64,000 nt of DNA, from positions 96,001 through 160,000 of the forward strand of contig CAWDXG010000004.1 in the NCBI GenBank assembly GCA_963806225.1. The letters are read 5' to 3'. Origin of the DNA: an uncultured delta proteobacterium. GTDB lineage: Bacteria; Myxococcota_A; Polyangia; Polyangiales; Polyangiaceae. The stretch's first letter is position 1; each line of letters starts with the position of its first letter. Position numbers and translations under genes: made by a program. The notes beneath the pieces were generated by a model. The model was not told where the DNA came from and searched no databases. It saw nothing but the letters and a program-made list of their open reading frames with translations. This document shows positions 18,055 to 27,757 of this stretch, in pieces.

Positions 18055-19745
18055 ACGCCTTCCCGACCCTGGTGACCCTGCTGGTCGCTTCGGCGCTGGC
18101 CGGCTGCGGCAGCGCCCCCGCGCCGCGGCCTGCGCGGAGTGCGCCCGGGGTCACGCCCTTTTCGCGCATTCGCGAAAAGCCGGATGGCCACACGTGGCTC
18201 GGGGCGGATGCGCGGCGCGCGCGCCAGGCCGGCGCGGGACGATCGATGGTGATCACGGTCGGCGCTGGCGCAGCGGGGGACCGCATCGAGGGAATGGTCG
18301 GGGTACCGGCCAAGGCGTGCGTGCTTCTGCTGGCTCGCGCTTCTGGTTCGGTACAGGACGTGGATCTGTTCGCGTACGGCGACGATGGCAGGACCCTGGG
18401 CACCGACGAGGCGCCCGACGACAAGCCCACCCTGCTGGTATGTCCGCCGCATCCGCGCCATCTCTATCTTGTAGCCCGCGTCGCAGCGGGGCACGGGCTC
18501 GTCGCGATCGGCGCGCAGCTCGTGAGCCGCAAGGACGCGGCCCGCGTGGGAAAAGCTCTTTCCGCCCGCGGTCGCCCCGGGGAAGCCGCCCGCCGCGCGC
18601 AGAACTGGCCCGGCCTGGAAGAAAAGCTCGCCCGGCACCGCCACCTCATCGGCGCGAGCTGGACCGACGTGCGCCGTGTCGCGGTGCCGGTGGAGCCGCG
18701 TGTTGCAACGCGCGTGTCGGCGATGGTCGACGCCGGCCGCTGTCTCGACGTGCTGGTGCTGCCGTCCGACGAGGTCTCGCACGTCAACGTCGATGTGGTC
18801 GATCAGCACGCGCGCATCGTGGGACGTGCCCGGGCGAGTGGGCGGGACCGATCGCTCCTCGTGTGCTCGCCCGTTGCCGAGCCGGTCACACTCGAGGTCC
18901 GGCCGCACGCGGGACGTGGGCTGGTCGCGGTCGTGCTGTCCCGCTCCGGTCCCGCCGCCGCACGCGACCTGCAGGTGCCTGCCCTCCGGTTCGATCTCGC
19001 GCCGGTGGGAGATCTGGCGGAAGCCCGGCGGAATCACGATGCCGAGCTCGAGCAGGCGGGCTACGAGCGGGCAAAGGTGGTGCACAAGGGCCAGCTCGAG
19101 GTTGGAAAGCGCACGAGCGTGGCACTGCATCTTCTGCGGGGCTGCTCCCGGTTCGACGTAGTGGTCGGGAAACCTGCGCGCGGCGTCCACGCGCTGCTCT
19201 GGGCAGCGGACGGCTCGCTGATCGCCAGCGACAGCGGGGGGCGCGCCGCAACGCTGTTCGCCTGCTCGCACGGCGGCGAGGCCCGGCTCGACCTGGACGC
19301 GACGACCCGCCCTGGGCCCTACGCGGTCGAGTCGAGGCCCGAGCGCAATACGCCGGCCGTGCTCATCGATCATCCCCTCGCCGCCGGCCGCCTTCTAGCG
19401 CGCATGACCGCGCACGGCGTGATCCAGCTGGCCAGCCAGCTGGGTGCGGCGAGAGCGGTCCCGCTCTCCCCGACCAAGGAGCAGCGTCTGGACGTGCTGG
19501 TTCCTGTCGGCCGCTGCGTCGATGTGAGCCTCGCGCTGGGCCCCGGCGCGACGGGCGCGGAGCTCCGTCTCGTCGACGTCCGGGACGGCAAGGAGCTGGC
19601 GCTGTCGCGCGGCGTCGAATCGACCGGCGGGCGTGTCTGTGCTCTTTCGCGCGCGTCGACGCTGCACGCCCGCGCGGAGCTCAGAGCGACCGTGGGCCAC
19701 GGCACCGGCCTGGTCGCCACGCGCATGCTCACGCCCCACCCGTGA
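18051..19745 (+). CDS. Lipoprotein with four repeated disulfide-bracketed beta domains
   Basis: Lipobox LAGC; four related units of C-x-(hydrophobic strand)...D(V/L)..D..G..(L/I)....L(L/F)(V/A)C. Confidence 0.75.
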   Translation: MNAFPTLVTLLVASALAGCGSAPAPRPARSAPGVTPFSRIREKPDGHTWLGADARRARQAGAGRSMVITVGAGAAGDRIEGMVGVPAKACVLLLARASGSVQDVDLFAYGDDGRTLGTDEAPDDKPTLLVCPPHPRHLYLVARVAAGHGLVAIGAQLVSRKDAARVGKALSARGRPGEAARRAQNWPGLEEKLARHRHLIGASWTDVRRVAVPVEPRVATRVSAMVDAGRCLDVLVLPSDEVSHVNVDVVDQHARIVGRARASGRDRSLLVCSPVAEPVTLEVRPHAGRGLVAVVLSRSGPAAARDLQVPALRFDLAPVGDLAEARRNHDAELEQAGYERAKVVHKGQLEVGKRTSVALHLLRGCSRFDVVVGKPARGVHALLWAADGSLIASDSGGRAATLFACSHGGEARLDLDATTRPGPYAVESRPERNTPAVLIDHPLAAGRLLARMTAHGVIQLASQLGAARAVPLSPTKEQRLDVLVPVGRCVDVSLALGPGATGAELRLVDVRDGKELALSRGVESTGGRVCALSRASTLHARAELRATVGHGTGLVATRMLTPHP

Positions 19746-19802
19746 ACGCGCTCGATGCGGGCCTGGGCCGGTCGACTGCCGTGGCGGGTGCCCGGCTGGA
19801 AA

Positions 19803-20672
19803 CTAGCGTCCCAACGGCACCACGTCTGCGGGGCGCAGGCTGCGGTGGTCGCCGTCGATGTTCGAGATCTGGATCGAATCAGCGCTGGCCGACACCACCT
19901 TCGCCCGTCGCCACGGCGCGGCCAGGCTCGTCGGTCGCGCCAAGACGAAATCACCGCGACGTGGCTCGTGTTTGTACGGCGGTGCTGGCACGACAGCATC
20001 GTGGGGCAGCTCGGAGATGCGGCTGTCGGCGCGCCAGCGCACGCGCAGAACGTCGTCGTCGATTTCGTGGATCGTCGCCGAGTACCACCGAAAATCGCGC
20101 AATGCGAGCACGTGCTCGTGCGGTCGGGGCCGCCAGCCCTTGGGCGGCGCCGGGTGTCCCGCGGCGGCGGCTGCACGCGAGAAGGCCTGACGACGATGCG
20201 TCTGCTGGAAGTAGCGTTGCAGGTCCAGACGCGTGAGCGCGGTCGGCGCGATCACGCGCGAGCGTGCAACATGCAGCGGAGCTCCGTTGCCGCCGACCGC
20301 TTCGAGCCTGTCCCCCCGGGCGCTTTCTATGCGGCAAGGCTGCCAGTGGGCGGGGCGGGAGGAACAGATGGCGAGGTCCCCGACGCGGAACGTATGAGGG
20401 GCCGGCGGCAGGAGATAGGCGTCGCTCGCCTGGACGTGACGGAACTCGCCGCCCCCGGTTGTCTGCACCTCGAGCGTATGTCCCTTGGCCGAGAGCACCC
20501 TTGCCTCGAAGAATTCCGCGGCGGTCTGCTCGATGACGATGCGGTCGCCGCGCTTCGGACCTCCTGGGGCCGTTTCCTCCCGCTGGGCCCGGTGACGGCT
20601 GCAACCGAAGGCGCCGGCGAGTGCCAGGAGCCAGCAAATCGCGCGGCATTTTCGGGGGTTGAGCGTGGTCAC
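19803..20672 (-). CDS. Lipoprotein with four Tudor/Agenet-like (SH3-barrel) repeats
   Basis: Lipobox AFGC; repeats of GD.(V/I)LA.....W..A.(V/I).......(L/I).V. Start is approximate. Confidence 0.7.
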   Translation of the reverse strand: MTTLNPRKCRAICWLLALAGAFGCSRHRAQREETAPGGPKRGDRIVIEQTAAEFFEARVLSAKGHTLEVQTTGGGEFRHVQASDAYLLPPAPHTFRVGDLAICSSRPAHWQPCRIESARGDRLEAVGGNGAPLHVARSRVIAPTALTRLDLQRYFQQTHRRQAFSRAAAAAGHPAPPKGWRPRPHEHVLALRDFRWYSATIHEIDDDVLRVRWRADSRISELPHDAVVPAPPYKHEPRRGDFVLARPTSLAAPWRRAKVVSASADSIQISNIDGDHRSLRPADVVPLGR

Positions 20673-20797
20673 GTGGAGATCATGTCGGGCTGGCGCAAGG
20701 CGCGCCTTTCGGTTTACCCTCCGGCAGCCTACATCCGGCGGCTGCGATTCCAGCAGACCGACTATCGCAAGCACTTTCGGGAGAGGAGCACGAACCC

Positions 20798-21334
20798 ATG
20801 ATGAACCAGGCGCCCAGCGAGGGCACGCACGCACAAGGTGGCGGCTACGGACCCCCTCCCGGAGGCTATGGGCCTCCCGGCGGCGCCCCGCCCGGCGCCC
20901 CGCCCGGTGGATACGGCCCGCCCGGTGGTGGCGCGCCTCCCGGTGCCCCGCCCGGTGGCTACGGTCCTCCCGGCGCCCCGCCCGGAGGATACGGCCCGCC
21001 GCCCGGTGGCGCGCCGATGCCCCCGCCTGGTGGCGGCCCCATGCCCGGCGGCCCGCCGATGGGCGGCGACGTTGAAGCGCTGAAGAAGCAGATGCAGACG
21101 TGGCTCATCATCGGTCTGGTCACTGGCTTCTGCTGCGGCGGCGGTCTGATCTCCCTGGTCGGCGCTCTGCTCGCCTTTCTCGGTGGCCAGTCCGCGCAGC
21201 GAGGTGACATCGCTGATGCCCAGAGCAAGCTGAAGATCGCCAAGATCCTGGTGATCGTCGGAGTCGCGCTGGGCGTGATTATCATCGGTCTGTGGTTCGC
21301 TCTGAGCGGACTGAGCATGCTCTCCAACATGTAG
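20798..21334 (+). CDS. Pro/Gly/Tyr-rich membrane protein (CD225/DUF4190-like)
   Basis: GGYGPP repeats, then TM segments with a CC motif and GDIADAQSKLKIAK; RBS GAGGAG. Confidence 0.8.
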   Translation: MMNQAPSEGTHAQGGGYGPPPGGYGPPGGAPPGAPPGGYGPPGGGAPPGAPPGGYGPPGAPPGGYGPPPGGAPMPPPGGGPMPGGPPMGGDVEALKKQMQTWLIIGLVTGFCCGGGLISLVGALLAFLGGQSAQRGDIADAQSKLKIAKILVIVGVALGVIIIGLWFALSGLSMLSNM

Positions 21335-21350
21335 GCAGAGCCGCACACAT

Positions 21351-21387
21351 CACGGCAGGGTGCTTCCGCGTGAAGCTCCCTGCCGTG
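21351..21387. terminator. Hairpin between convergent genes, probable bidirectional terminator
   Basis: CACGGCAGGG-T-GCTTC...GAAGC-T-CCCTGCCGTG inverted repeat. Confidence 0.7.
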
Positions 21388-21446
21388 CGCATTTCACGCT
21401 TCCACCGTGACCGGCTGGTGGCGCGCGCCGGGGAATAGCGACTCGC

Positions 21447-23162
21447 CTATTCGTAGGGATTCTTCTCGAGGCCTGCCGGCGTCTTCTCGCCGCCGCCGTG
21501 GTGTGCGGCCCGCGAAGCACCCTGGTGCGTGGGCCGTTTCGGCGCGCTCTCGGCGCTGTGGGCGCCTGCCACGCTGCGAACGCGGATTGCCGTGTTCTCG
21601 CGCGGGACGATGCTCTCGGTGATCACCGACTTGTCGTCGAAGCGGATGTTGACGGCGACTTCCTTGTCCGAGCGCGGGAGCTCGAATGCGGCACCGTCCG
21701 TGTTGAACGTGATGTCGCTGATCCCCGGGGCCCGGATCTCCGCGATGTCGGTGTCGGAGCTCAGCTGGATGCGCACGCGGTCAGGTCGAGCCTCGGCGGA
21801 AGCCGCGGGCCCGGCCGCGGCCGTGCTCGCGGAGGCGGCGGGCGTGGCGCTGGCCATCCGCTTTTCTGGCGTCGAGCCCCGTGACTGGACAACGAGAACG
21901 ACGAGCGCCGCCACCATCGCAGTTCCGGCCACGGCAATCGCGATCAGGAGACGACGCCTCCAGCGGTACCGCCGCAGCTCTTCTTCGCTGATAGCCGGCA
22001 CGACCTTGACGCTGTCCAGCGTCAGCGGTTGAGCGCCGGTGGAGCCAGTTCCGGCGTGGGACGGGGTCACCGACCCGGTGGACATGACCGGCGGACGCTT
22101 GCCCGACAGCACCTCGGAGATCAGCAACCGTCGCTCACGGATTTCCGCGCCGCAGAACTCGTCGACCAGACGCGCGACCTCGGACGGCGAACACAGGTCG
22201 CCGCTCTCGCGGGCGTAGCCCTCGAGCGCTTCGGCGAAGGCCTTGGCGGTGGGCCAGCGCTGGTTCGGGTCCACCGAAAGCGCCCGCATGACGATCCCCT
22301 CGAGCGGCGCCGGTACCGTGCTGTCGAAGCGGCTCGGGCGTGGGTAGTTGCCTTCAGAGACGGTGAGCAGGACCTCCACGTCGCTTTCGCCCTTGAAGAG
22401 CCGCTCGCCCGTCAGAAGCTCCCAGGCCACGATGCCGATGGCGAAGACGTCCACGCGACGGTCGAGCGCTCCGGCCCTGGCCTGCTCCGGCGCCATATAG
22501 CGGAATTTGCCCTTCGCCAGCCCGGTACCGGTGTGCACGGTGCGTTCGGCCGCCTTGGCGATGCCGAAATCCGTTAGCCGCGCCGTACCGTCGGTTCCAA
22601 GCAGGATGTTGTGGGGCGTGGCGTCGCGGTGCACCACGCCGAGCGGCTTGCCCTCGAGACTCTCCTGCTCGTGCGCAGCGTGCAGCCCGTACAGCGCGTC
22701 GACGAGGATGCGGAGCGCGGCCGGCCGGGGCACCTTCGTCTTTCGCTGCCTGGCGGCACGCATCACGTGCGCCAGGCTGGTCCCGTCGACGTAGTCCATG
22801 ACGAGCAGATGCTCGCCGTCGGCCTCGTGCACGTCGTGGACGTTGACCACGTTCGGATGACGGATCAGCGAGGCGATACGTGCCTCGTCCATGAACGAAG
22901 CCGCCAGTTCCGGCACAGCGCTGATGTGCCGGTGCATGCGTTTGATCGCGACCAGCCGCTCGAAGCCGCCCGCGCCGCGCTGCCGCCCGACGTAGACCGT
23001 CGCCATGCCGCCGGAAGCGAGCTCGACCAGAAGTTCGTAGCGGCCGACATAGGCTGCGCCACGCGCGCCCGCCTGTGCCGGAGCCGGCTGCGCCTGGATA
23101 TCCGAAAGCGACACCTCCTCGAGCAGCGCCCGCGTCGGTTCGTCGTCTTCGTTGTCGGTCAC
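21447..23162 (-). CDS. Hanks-type Ser/Thr protein kinase with a TM segment and extracytoplasmic domain
   Basis: LASGGMATVY, VAIKRM, HRDATPHNILL, DFG, GKFRYMAPEQ and DVFAIG motifs; GTGA overlap with the upstream gene. Confidence 0.93.
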   Translation of the reverse strand: MTDNEDDEPTRALLEEVSLSDIQAQPAPAQAGARGAAYVGRYELLVELASGGMATVYVGRQRGAGGFERLVAIKRMHRHISAVPELAASFMDEARIASLIRHPNVVNVHDVHEADGEHLLVMDYVDGTSLAHVMRAARQRKTKVPRPAALRILVDALYGLHAAHEQESLEGKPLGVVHRDATPHNILLGTDGTARLTDFGIAKAAERTVHTGTGLAKGKFRYMAPEQARAGALDRRVDVFAIGIVAWELLTGERLFKGESDVEVLLTVSEGNYPRPSRFDSTVPAPLEGIVMRALSVDPNQRWPTAKAFAEALEGYARESGDLCSPSEVARLVDEFCGAEIRERRLLISEVLSGKRPPVMSTGSVTPSHAGTGSTGAQPLTLDSVKVVPAISEEELRRYRWRRRLLIAIAVAGTAMVAALVVLVVQSRGSTPEKRMASATPAASASTAAAGPAASAEARPDRVRIQLSSDTDIAEIRAPGISDITFNTDGAAFELPRSDKEVAVNIRFDDKSVITESIVPRENTAIRVRSVAGAHSAESAPKRPTHQGASRAAHHGGGEKTPAGLEKNPYE

Positions 23163-24142
23163 AGACCCCGGAACCTTCCGCTCAGCGACACCGAGCCCGG
23201 GCCGATGCCGAACGCCATGTGCTCTTCGGGGTGCTCGTCCTGGGTCGGCTTGCCGTGCCAATCGGTAGCGAACAGGCCGACGACGGCGGTAGCGACGCCC
23301 ACGACCGCGGTTGCGCCGAGCAGCACGTTGGTCCGCGTCTGCTTGCCCTGCCCGGCATCCAGTCCTGCCTGGGTCGGATGGGCGTTGAAGTTAGTGCGGG
23401 CCTTGTTGGTGTCGATGCCGCTCCAGACCGTAACGCCCGCGAGCACCGCGGTTGCGCCCGCACCGACATAGACGACCAACGGGGGCAACCCGCCATGCGC
23501 CGTCTTGCCCTGGTCGTGGCCAGTGTCGGGTCTAGCAGCGGGCTTCTCCGGCTTCGGCTCGGGTGGCGGCGGCGGCTCCAGCAGCACGTGCTCCAGGCTG
23601 CCGGCGACGACGCTGATGCGTCGCTCGACGCGCTTTCCGTCGAAACTGCCGCTGATCACGTGATCGCCGGGGTCGACGAAAGTCACGTCGAGCTCCGGCG
23701 CCTTGCCGTCGATCTGCACGTCGTTGGCGTCGTTATCGTCGATGTCGACGCGGCCGACCTTCGGGGTCAGCTCGGCGATCATCTTGTTCGCTTTTCGCCG
23801 CCGCTTGTCCTTTTCCGGCGCATCGCGCAGGTAGCGGGCACACAGGTTCGCGGCCCGCGTCAGCTCCCCCGCCTTCTCGTGGGCCTCGGCTGCATTGAAC
23901 AGCGCAGCCGGGTGCGGAGCAATCGCGTACGCTTCCTCGAAGGCCTTGGCCGCTGCGGTATAGTTGTGCCGGCGGAACGCCCGTTCACCCTTCCGGAACA
24001 TCTTCGCCGCCTCGGCGCGCGTGGCTCTGTCCAGCTTGTGGGTCGGAGCCGCGTGGATCGGCGGCGAATACGTGGCCGCCGTCGCGCACGAGGCTCCCAC
24101 GAGCAGGCCTGCAAGCATGGAAGAGCGCATATCCCGAGCCAT
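23159..24142 (-). CDS. Secreted TPR plus PEGA-like protein
   Basis: Signal peptide; TPR helices (AAKMFRKGERAF...AAKAFEEAYAIAPHPAALFNAA); PEGA-like VQIDG...VDPGDHVI; C-terminal GSVSLSGRF. Confidence 0.8.
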   Translation of the reverse strand: MARDMRSSMLAGLLVGASCATAATYSPPIHAAPTHKLDRATRAEAAKMFRKGERAFRRHNYTAAAKAFEEAYAIAPHPAALFNAAEAHEKAGELTRAANLCARYLRDAPEKDKRRRKANKMIAELTPKVGRVDIDDNDANDVQIDGKAPELDVTFVDPGDHVISGSFDGKRVERRISVVAGSLEHVLLEPPPPPEPKPEKPAARPDTGHDQGKTAHGGLPPLVVYVGAGATAVLAGVTVWSGIDTNKARTNFNAHPTQAGLDAGQGKQTRTNVLLGATAVVGVATAVVGLFATDWHGKPTQDEHPEEHMAFGIGPGSVSLSGRFRGL

Positions 24143-24194
24143 CGTAGCTTGGTCCGCCTGGCCGAGCCACATCCGCGACGGCCGGGATCGGCCG

Positions 24195-25397
24195 TCAGCC
24201 GCTCGCGCCGGCGCCCAGCCAGCGGTCGATGATGGCCCCGAGCTGGTCCTGTTCGGCCAACTCCAGTAGCGCCACACTCAGCCGGTGCTGGAGTGCGGGA
24301 TCGTCCCGCACGGCGAAGCCGTAGCCCTGCGGTTCGTAGGATTTCGTCGAAACCTCCAGATTGGAGCTCGGATGCTGCTTCAGATAGTACTGCAGCATCG
24401 GACGATCGAAGACCACCGCGTCCGCCTTGTGGGCGGTGACGCGCTGCACCGCCTGGGGCAGGTCACGGGTCTCCACCAGGCGCGCCCCGTGGCGGGCCGC
24501 AAGCCGGGCGCCGGTGGTGCCGCGGACCACCGCCACCGGGTGCCGCGACAGTTGCTCGATGCGCTGGATCGACCCCGTGTCCAGCTGCGACAGCGTGAGC
24601 GCGGTCGCGATGCCCGCAGTCAGCGAGCTCGCCGAGATCAGGGCGATCACCATCCACACGCCCGCCACCACGCGACCGGCGAGCGACAGCGGCACGCGGT
24701 CGCCGTAGCCAACCGTGGTCATGGTGACGAGGGCCAGCCAGATGCCGTTGCTGATGCCCCGGAGCGGCGTCTCGGGAAACTGTTCCGGGTTGTGATGGCG
24801 CTCTGCGAGCCAGAGCAGTGTGCCGACAACGAGCAGCACCAGCAGGAGGGCTCCCACGCCGGCGGCAAACGCGCGGCTCGCGAAAGGCCTGATGCGGCTC
24901 CACAGACCGCCGCGTTCCGGCGCGAGGATGGCAAGGCTCGCCTGGAAATACGGCTGGGTGAAACGGACGCGTTTCGAGCGCGCGGCCGTGATGCTGATCG
25001 GGCCAACGGCGACATCCAGCTTGCCGGACGCGACGTCGGCGAGCGCGGAAGCCACGCTTTTCTTCGAAACCAGCTTGAACCGCACGCCGGCGCGAGCCGC
25101 TACGGCGCGCCAGACCTCGAGGCTCAGCCCGTGCGGCGGGCTGCTGTGCCCGATCACGAACGGTTCTGAACCAGCAACGCCCACGGCCAGCATTCGAGCG
25201 GGTGCAGGCGGGACTCCGGCCTCCGGCGCGGCATCGGCAGCCGGTCCGCCGTCCGGTGTCGCGGCGTCCGCGGCGGTCGACGCGGCATCGGTTCCGCCCT
25301 CCGGAGTCGGTGCCGCCGACGCGATCCCACAGATCAGCAGCGCCCAGAGCAGAGCGCACAGCGTGACCCAGGCGCGGTGGAGCCGATGCGGACGCAT
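24195..25397 (-). CDS. GluR0-like ligand-gated potassium channel (S1 binding lobe-M1-pore-M2-S2 binding lobe)
   Basis: SBP_bac_3 motifs (EPFV, ISITAARSKRVRFTQPYF, VFDRP, YGFA) flanking two TM segments and the K+ filter TMTTVGYGD. Confidence 0.9.
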   Translation of the reverse strand: MRPHRLHRAWVTLCALLWALLICGIASAAPTPEGGTDAASTAADAATPDGGPAADAAPEAGVPPAPARMLAVGVAGSEPFVIGHSSPPHGLSLEVWRAVAARAGVRFKLVSKKSVASALADVASGKLDVAVGPISITAARSKRVRFTQPYFQASLAILAPERGGLWSRIRPFASRAFAAGVGALLLVLLVVGTLLWLAERHHNPEQFPETPLRGISNGIWLALVTMTTVGYGDRVPLSLAGRVVAGVWMVIALISASSLTAGIATALTLSQLDTGSIQRIEQLSRHPVAVVRGTTGARLAARHGARLVETRDLPQAVQRVTAHKADAVVFDRPMLQYYLKQHPSSNLEVSTKSYEPQGYGFAVRDDPALQHRLSVALLELAEQDQLGAIIDRWLGAGASG

Positions 25398-25575
25398 CCC
25401 GCCGGGGTAGCTCCCGCGGAGCGACGTTTCAACCCGGATGTCGTGGGACACAGCTCGCGGCAGGCCGGGAACACACGGGCTCCACACGCCTGGACAGCCG
25501 GCGCCGCGACAGCACTACATATATGGCCGCGCGGCGCCGCCCGGCGCGGTCGGGCACACGAGGAGGCGCGGCTGC

Positions 25576-26367
25576 CTACGGAAGGCGCGTCAGGAAGTGC
25601 GTCAGCGCCGCGTTGAAGGCCTCGACATCTGCCAGATTCACCACGTGGCCCGCGCCCTCCACGACGACGAGCTCGGGAGCCGGCAGCGCCTGCGCGAGCT
25701 TTTGCGTCACTTCAAGAGACCCCGCGTCCCGGCTTCCCACCACGAGCAATACCGGCATCGCCAGATCGGCCAACTGGTCCCGCATCGCAGCCACGTCCGG
25801 TTGCGCGGCCAGCAGGTGCCGGAGCGTGCTCGACAGCGCGTGGCGTGGGTGTTCGAGGAACCCCTGGCGGATCAGACGGGCCCCGTCCGGGTCGAATCGT
25901 GACCGCTCGCCCCAGACGAACTCCGAACCGGCGGCGTCCACCCCGCGCTCGTCGATCGCGTCGGCGAACGCGAGAGCCCAGGGCCGACCCGCCTGCGACC
26001 TGGGCGGGGACGGGAACGCCGCGAGCACCAGACCCCTCACCCTTTCCCGATGCGCCAGCGCGAATCGCAGCGCCACGCCGGCACCCATGCTGAGCCCTCC
26101 CACCACGACGCTCTGCTCACCGGTGCGGTCGACCACGGCCAGGAGATCCTTCACGAAGCACTCCGGTTCGTACTGGGCCGGCTCCCGGGGGGCCTCGCTC
26201 CGGGCGTGACCGCGGGCATCGTAGAGCACGACGCGATAGCGGTCTGAAAACGCGCGCGCCTGCGGACGGAAATTGCGGGCGCTGCCGCCGAAACCGTGTG
26301 CCAGGACCACCACCGGTCCCGTGCCGGCCTCCTCCACGTGAAGCTCGACTGCCGTGCAACCGCTCAA
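25576..26367 (-). CDS. Alpha/beta fold hydrolase (MenH/PcaD-like)
   Basis: HGFGG, YDARGHARS, GLSMG, GSRD and GAGH motifs; TTGA overlap with the upstream gene. Confidence 0.85.
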   Translation of the reverse strand: MSGCTAVELHVEEAGTGPVVVLAHGFGGSARNFRPQARAFSDRYRVVLYDARGHARSEAPREPAQYEPECFVKDLLAVVDRTGEQSVVVGGLSMGAGVALRFALAHRERVRGLVLAAFPSPPRSQAGRPWALAFADAIDERGVDAAGSEFVWGERSRFDPDGARLIRQGFLEHPRHALSSTLRHLLAAQPDVAAMRDQLADLAMPVLLVVGSRDAGSLEVTQKLAQALPAPELVVVEGAGHVVNLADVEAFNAALTHFLTRLP

Positions 26368-27528
26368 AGACAATCCCGGTACAGCTGCGCCACGTCCTCG
26401 GGCTCCGGGTAGCGCGGCGTGGCGGCCATCAGCGGATCTGCAAAGGCGTCCTCTACCAGCGTGGGGATCATCTCCGGCGTCGATGCCCAGGGCCCCGCCT
26501 CGCTTGTCCGTCCCCACGCGCGCCCTGAGTGCCTCCACCGCCGCGATCGCGCGCTGGCGTTGTCGGCATCGGATGCGCCGGGATCGGCAGCGCCCATGGC
26601 GATCGCGACCTGCGCATAGCGCGCCGTGCTGACCTCGAGGTTGAAGTGCATGACCAGAGGCAGCAGCGTTGCGAGCGACTGTCCGTGGGCCGCATCCAGC
26701 CGCGCGCTCAGCGGATGTCCCATGGCATGACACATGCCGAGCCCGGAGCTGGTGAACGCGATACCGGCTAGATGCGAGGCAAATAGCATCTGGCTGCGTG
26801 CCTCGAGATTCGTGCCCTCGTCGAAAGCGGCAGGCAAGAAACCCGGACCATGGCGATCGCGCGCAGCGCAACGGCATCGGACATGGGGTTCACCCGTGTG
26901 CAGGTGAACGCCTCGATGGCGTGGGTCAGTACATCCATGCCGCAGGTTGCGGTGACCGGAGCGGGAACGCGCAGCGTGAGTTCGGGGTCGAGCAGAATGA
27001 GCTTCGGCAAGACGCTCGGGTGACCGAGCAGCACCTTGCGCTTTTTTTCCGTGTCGGTGACCACACCGAACATGTTCGTTTCCGAACCGGTTCCCGCGGT
27101 CGTCGGCACAGCGATGATGGGGTGCCCGGCTTTGCCCGGCCGGCATCCGAACGGAAAGTCGGCCGGGGTACCTCCATTCGGTGCGATCAGCGCGATCGCC
27201 TTGGCGGCGTCCAGCGTGGAGCCGCCGCCGACGGCGATTACCACGGCCCGTGGGTCCGCTTGCAGGAGCGCGCTTCCCTCCTCCACGCACTCCGAGGTCG
27301 GGTTGGAGGTGACGCCGTCGAATACCCGGCTGCGATCCTGGCCTTCTTCAACGACGCCTGTACACGGTCGATGATGCCCGAACCCACCACGCCCTTGTCG
27401 GTCACGATGAACGCGCGCTCGTGCGCCAGCGACGTGACACGTTTGCCCAGCTTCTCGACGACCCCCGCCCCGAACGAGGTGCGCACGCCCGGCTGTAATT
27501 CGAGGCTCGTCTTCGACAACATCGCCAT
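26364..27528 (-). CDS. Iron-containing alcohol dehydrogenase, several frameshifts
   Basis: IVTD, GGGSTLD.AK, PTTAGTGSE, GMDVLTHAIE, GLGMCHAMGH and HG motifs. Confidence 0.9.
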
Positions 27529-27562
27529 CTGGTCCCTTTTTCCGGTTCGAGCGCGCGCAGAG

Positions 27563-27584
27563 TCGAGAACAAGACCGTTCTCGA
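27563..27584. promoter_or_regulatory. Perfect inverted repeat, candidate operator
   Basis: TCGAGAAC-N6-GTTCTCGA in the divergent Fe-ADH/uvrD intergenic region. Confidence 0.45.
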
Positions 27585-27757
27585 GGTCCAGGCGTGGCAC
27601 CAGGCGTGCGCGCGCCGACACGGCTCGTCCCGCCGGAAAGGTAGCGAGACCCTCACGACCGGACAAGGCCGTTGAGCCGGTTATCCCGAAGGGCGCCCGT
27701 AGAACGGCAGCGGGCTTGACCGGACTGCGGACAATTCCTATGCGACTAGGCTGACCC

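Noticed and set aside
27595..27610. Sigma-54-like TGGCACCAGGCGTGC upstream of uvrD
   Set aside because: The -12 element is weak, the site lies within a short CAGGCGTG direct repeat, and a sigma70-like TTGACC-N17-TATGCG lies closer to the start.
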